Origin: Enoplolaimus lenunculus
Lineage: Eukaryota
Assembly (NCBI GenBank): GCA_030248215.1
Contig: JASANG010003765.1
Location: forward strand, 124,001 to 188,000
Length of the DNA stretch: 64,000 nucleotides
Direction of reading: 5' to 3'
Shown: in pieces, positions 63,148 through 64,000 of the stretch
Position numbering within the stretch: the first letter of the stretch is position 1
Layout of the letters: every line of letters begins with the position of its first letter
Program-made: the position numbers and the translations under genes
Notes under the pieces: model-generated
Databases searched by the model: none
What the model saw: only the letters and a program-made list of their open reading frames with translations
What the model was told of the DNA's origin: nothing

Positions 63148-63648
63148 CTGAAATTTGAAACGTCGTGTTTGTTGACATTACTTTGATGATGTAATGTTTG
63201 TAGAATTAAAACTGCATCGTTGCCAGTGCTAAGAAGAAGCGAGAACGTTCAAATCGATATGTTTTACTGCATGTATTGATTTTTAATAATTGGGGGAATT
63301 TATAGCAATGAATACTGTCACAGCAACATGTATCCCTTTGATTTGCATTGCATATGTAATACAAACCAATTATAATAGCAGGAAAAACTATAGCGCAGTT
63401 TGTTAAATAAGTCTGACTGACATTGGTCGCCGCCGAACATTTTAATGCGAAAGACACCGAAAAATCAGAAATCAAATTTATTTCTTGTGTCACTTGAGAC
63501 AAAACTGGTAGAATTTTTATTGATCTTCAGAACCAATATTTTAGCCATGCTTTGCTGGGTTTCTACCAGTCTAAATTTCACGATACGCTACTGAAGATAT
63601 CAAAAATACTCTGAACAAATTGTCAATATTCACTGATTGAAACCGTAC

Positions 63649-64000
63649 CTTCATCCGCCATACTGTCTTGAACCGTGGCCGCCAACTGTTGTTTACCATT
63701 TCGAGCTTCTTTCTGATTTGACTCAATGTACGAATACATCTTCGATCCCAGATTTATATCACGATCGCCAATTTCTGGATAATCATCATGACCTCCTTCG
63801 AGTTCAACTCCACCACTTTTGCCATTGGAAACAGACGCTTTTTGATTATCAGTTGATGATGACCCGTATTGTATGCCTGATGCCGACAATTGAGTAGTCG
63901 TCCACGACCATTGCTGACGACGTGAAATGAGCAAAAACGCAACAAACGCAACGCCAAGCACCACAAATCCAATGCCAACGCCTACAGACGCGTATATCAC
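63649..64000 (-). CDS. SYT14/16: Synaptotagmin-14-like exon with N-terminal transmembrane helix (5' partial)
   Basis: Hydrophobic IYASVGVGIGFVVLGVAFVAFLLI followed by basic SRR. Donor gaa g|gtacg. Lies upstream of tandem C2 exons on the same strand. Confidence 0.8.

Overview
AT-rich, intron-containing animal genomic DNA. It is probably from a nematode, inferred from the many TTTCAG splice acceptors and pervasive TTAGGC motifs. Three protein-coding genes lie in tandem on the minus strand, and all could be assembled by hand from GT-AG exons with consistent phases. (1) A FoxP transcription factor has nine exons from 20326 to 983 and continues beyond position 1. It has long CAA-encoded polyQ tracts, a C2H2 finger, a leucine zipper, a very long linker and the first half of the forkhead domain, giving at least 1635 aa. 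(2) An ABHD17-like depalmitoylase (53316 to about 48158) has an intact catalytic triad and an unusual basic N-terminal extension. (3) A synaptotagmin-14/16-like gene (from beyond 64000 to 55881) has an N-terminal TM helix and tandem C2 domains. Between FoxP and ABHD17 lie about 27 kb without a credible CDS. Introns and intergenic DNA are densely filled with small non-autonomous DNA elements: a TA-target family (7 copies), an 8-bp-TSD family packed with telomere-like TTAGGC motifs, hAT-like, CACTA-like and palindromic elements. There is also a recurrent cassette of a short hairpin followed about 110 bp later by a tRNA-like Pol III promoter. No autonomous transposase, rRNA, intact tRNA or CRISPR was seen. 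No clear-cut new system is demonstrable from sequence alone. The best leads are the hairpin+tRNA cassettes, the telomere-motif MITEs, the giant FoxP with a duplicated acceptor, and the extended ABHD17.
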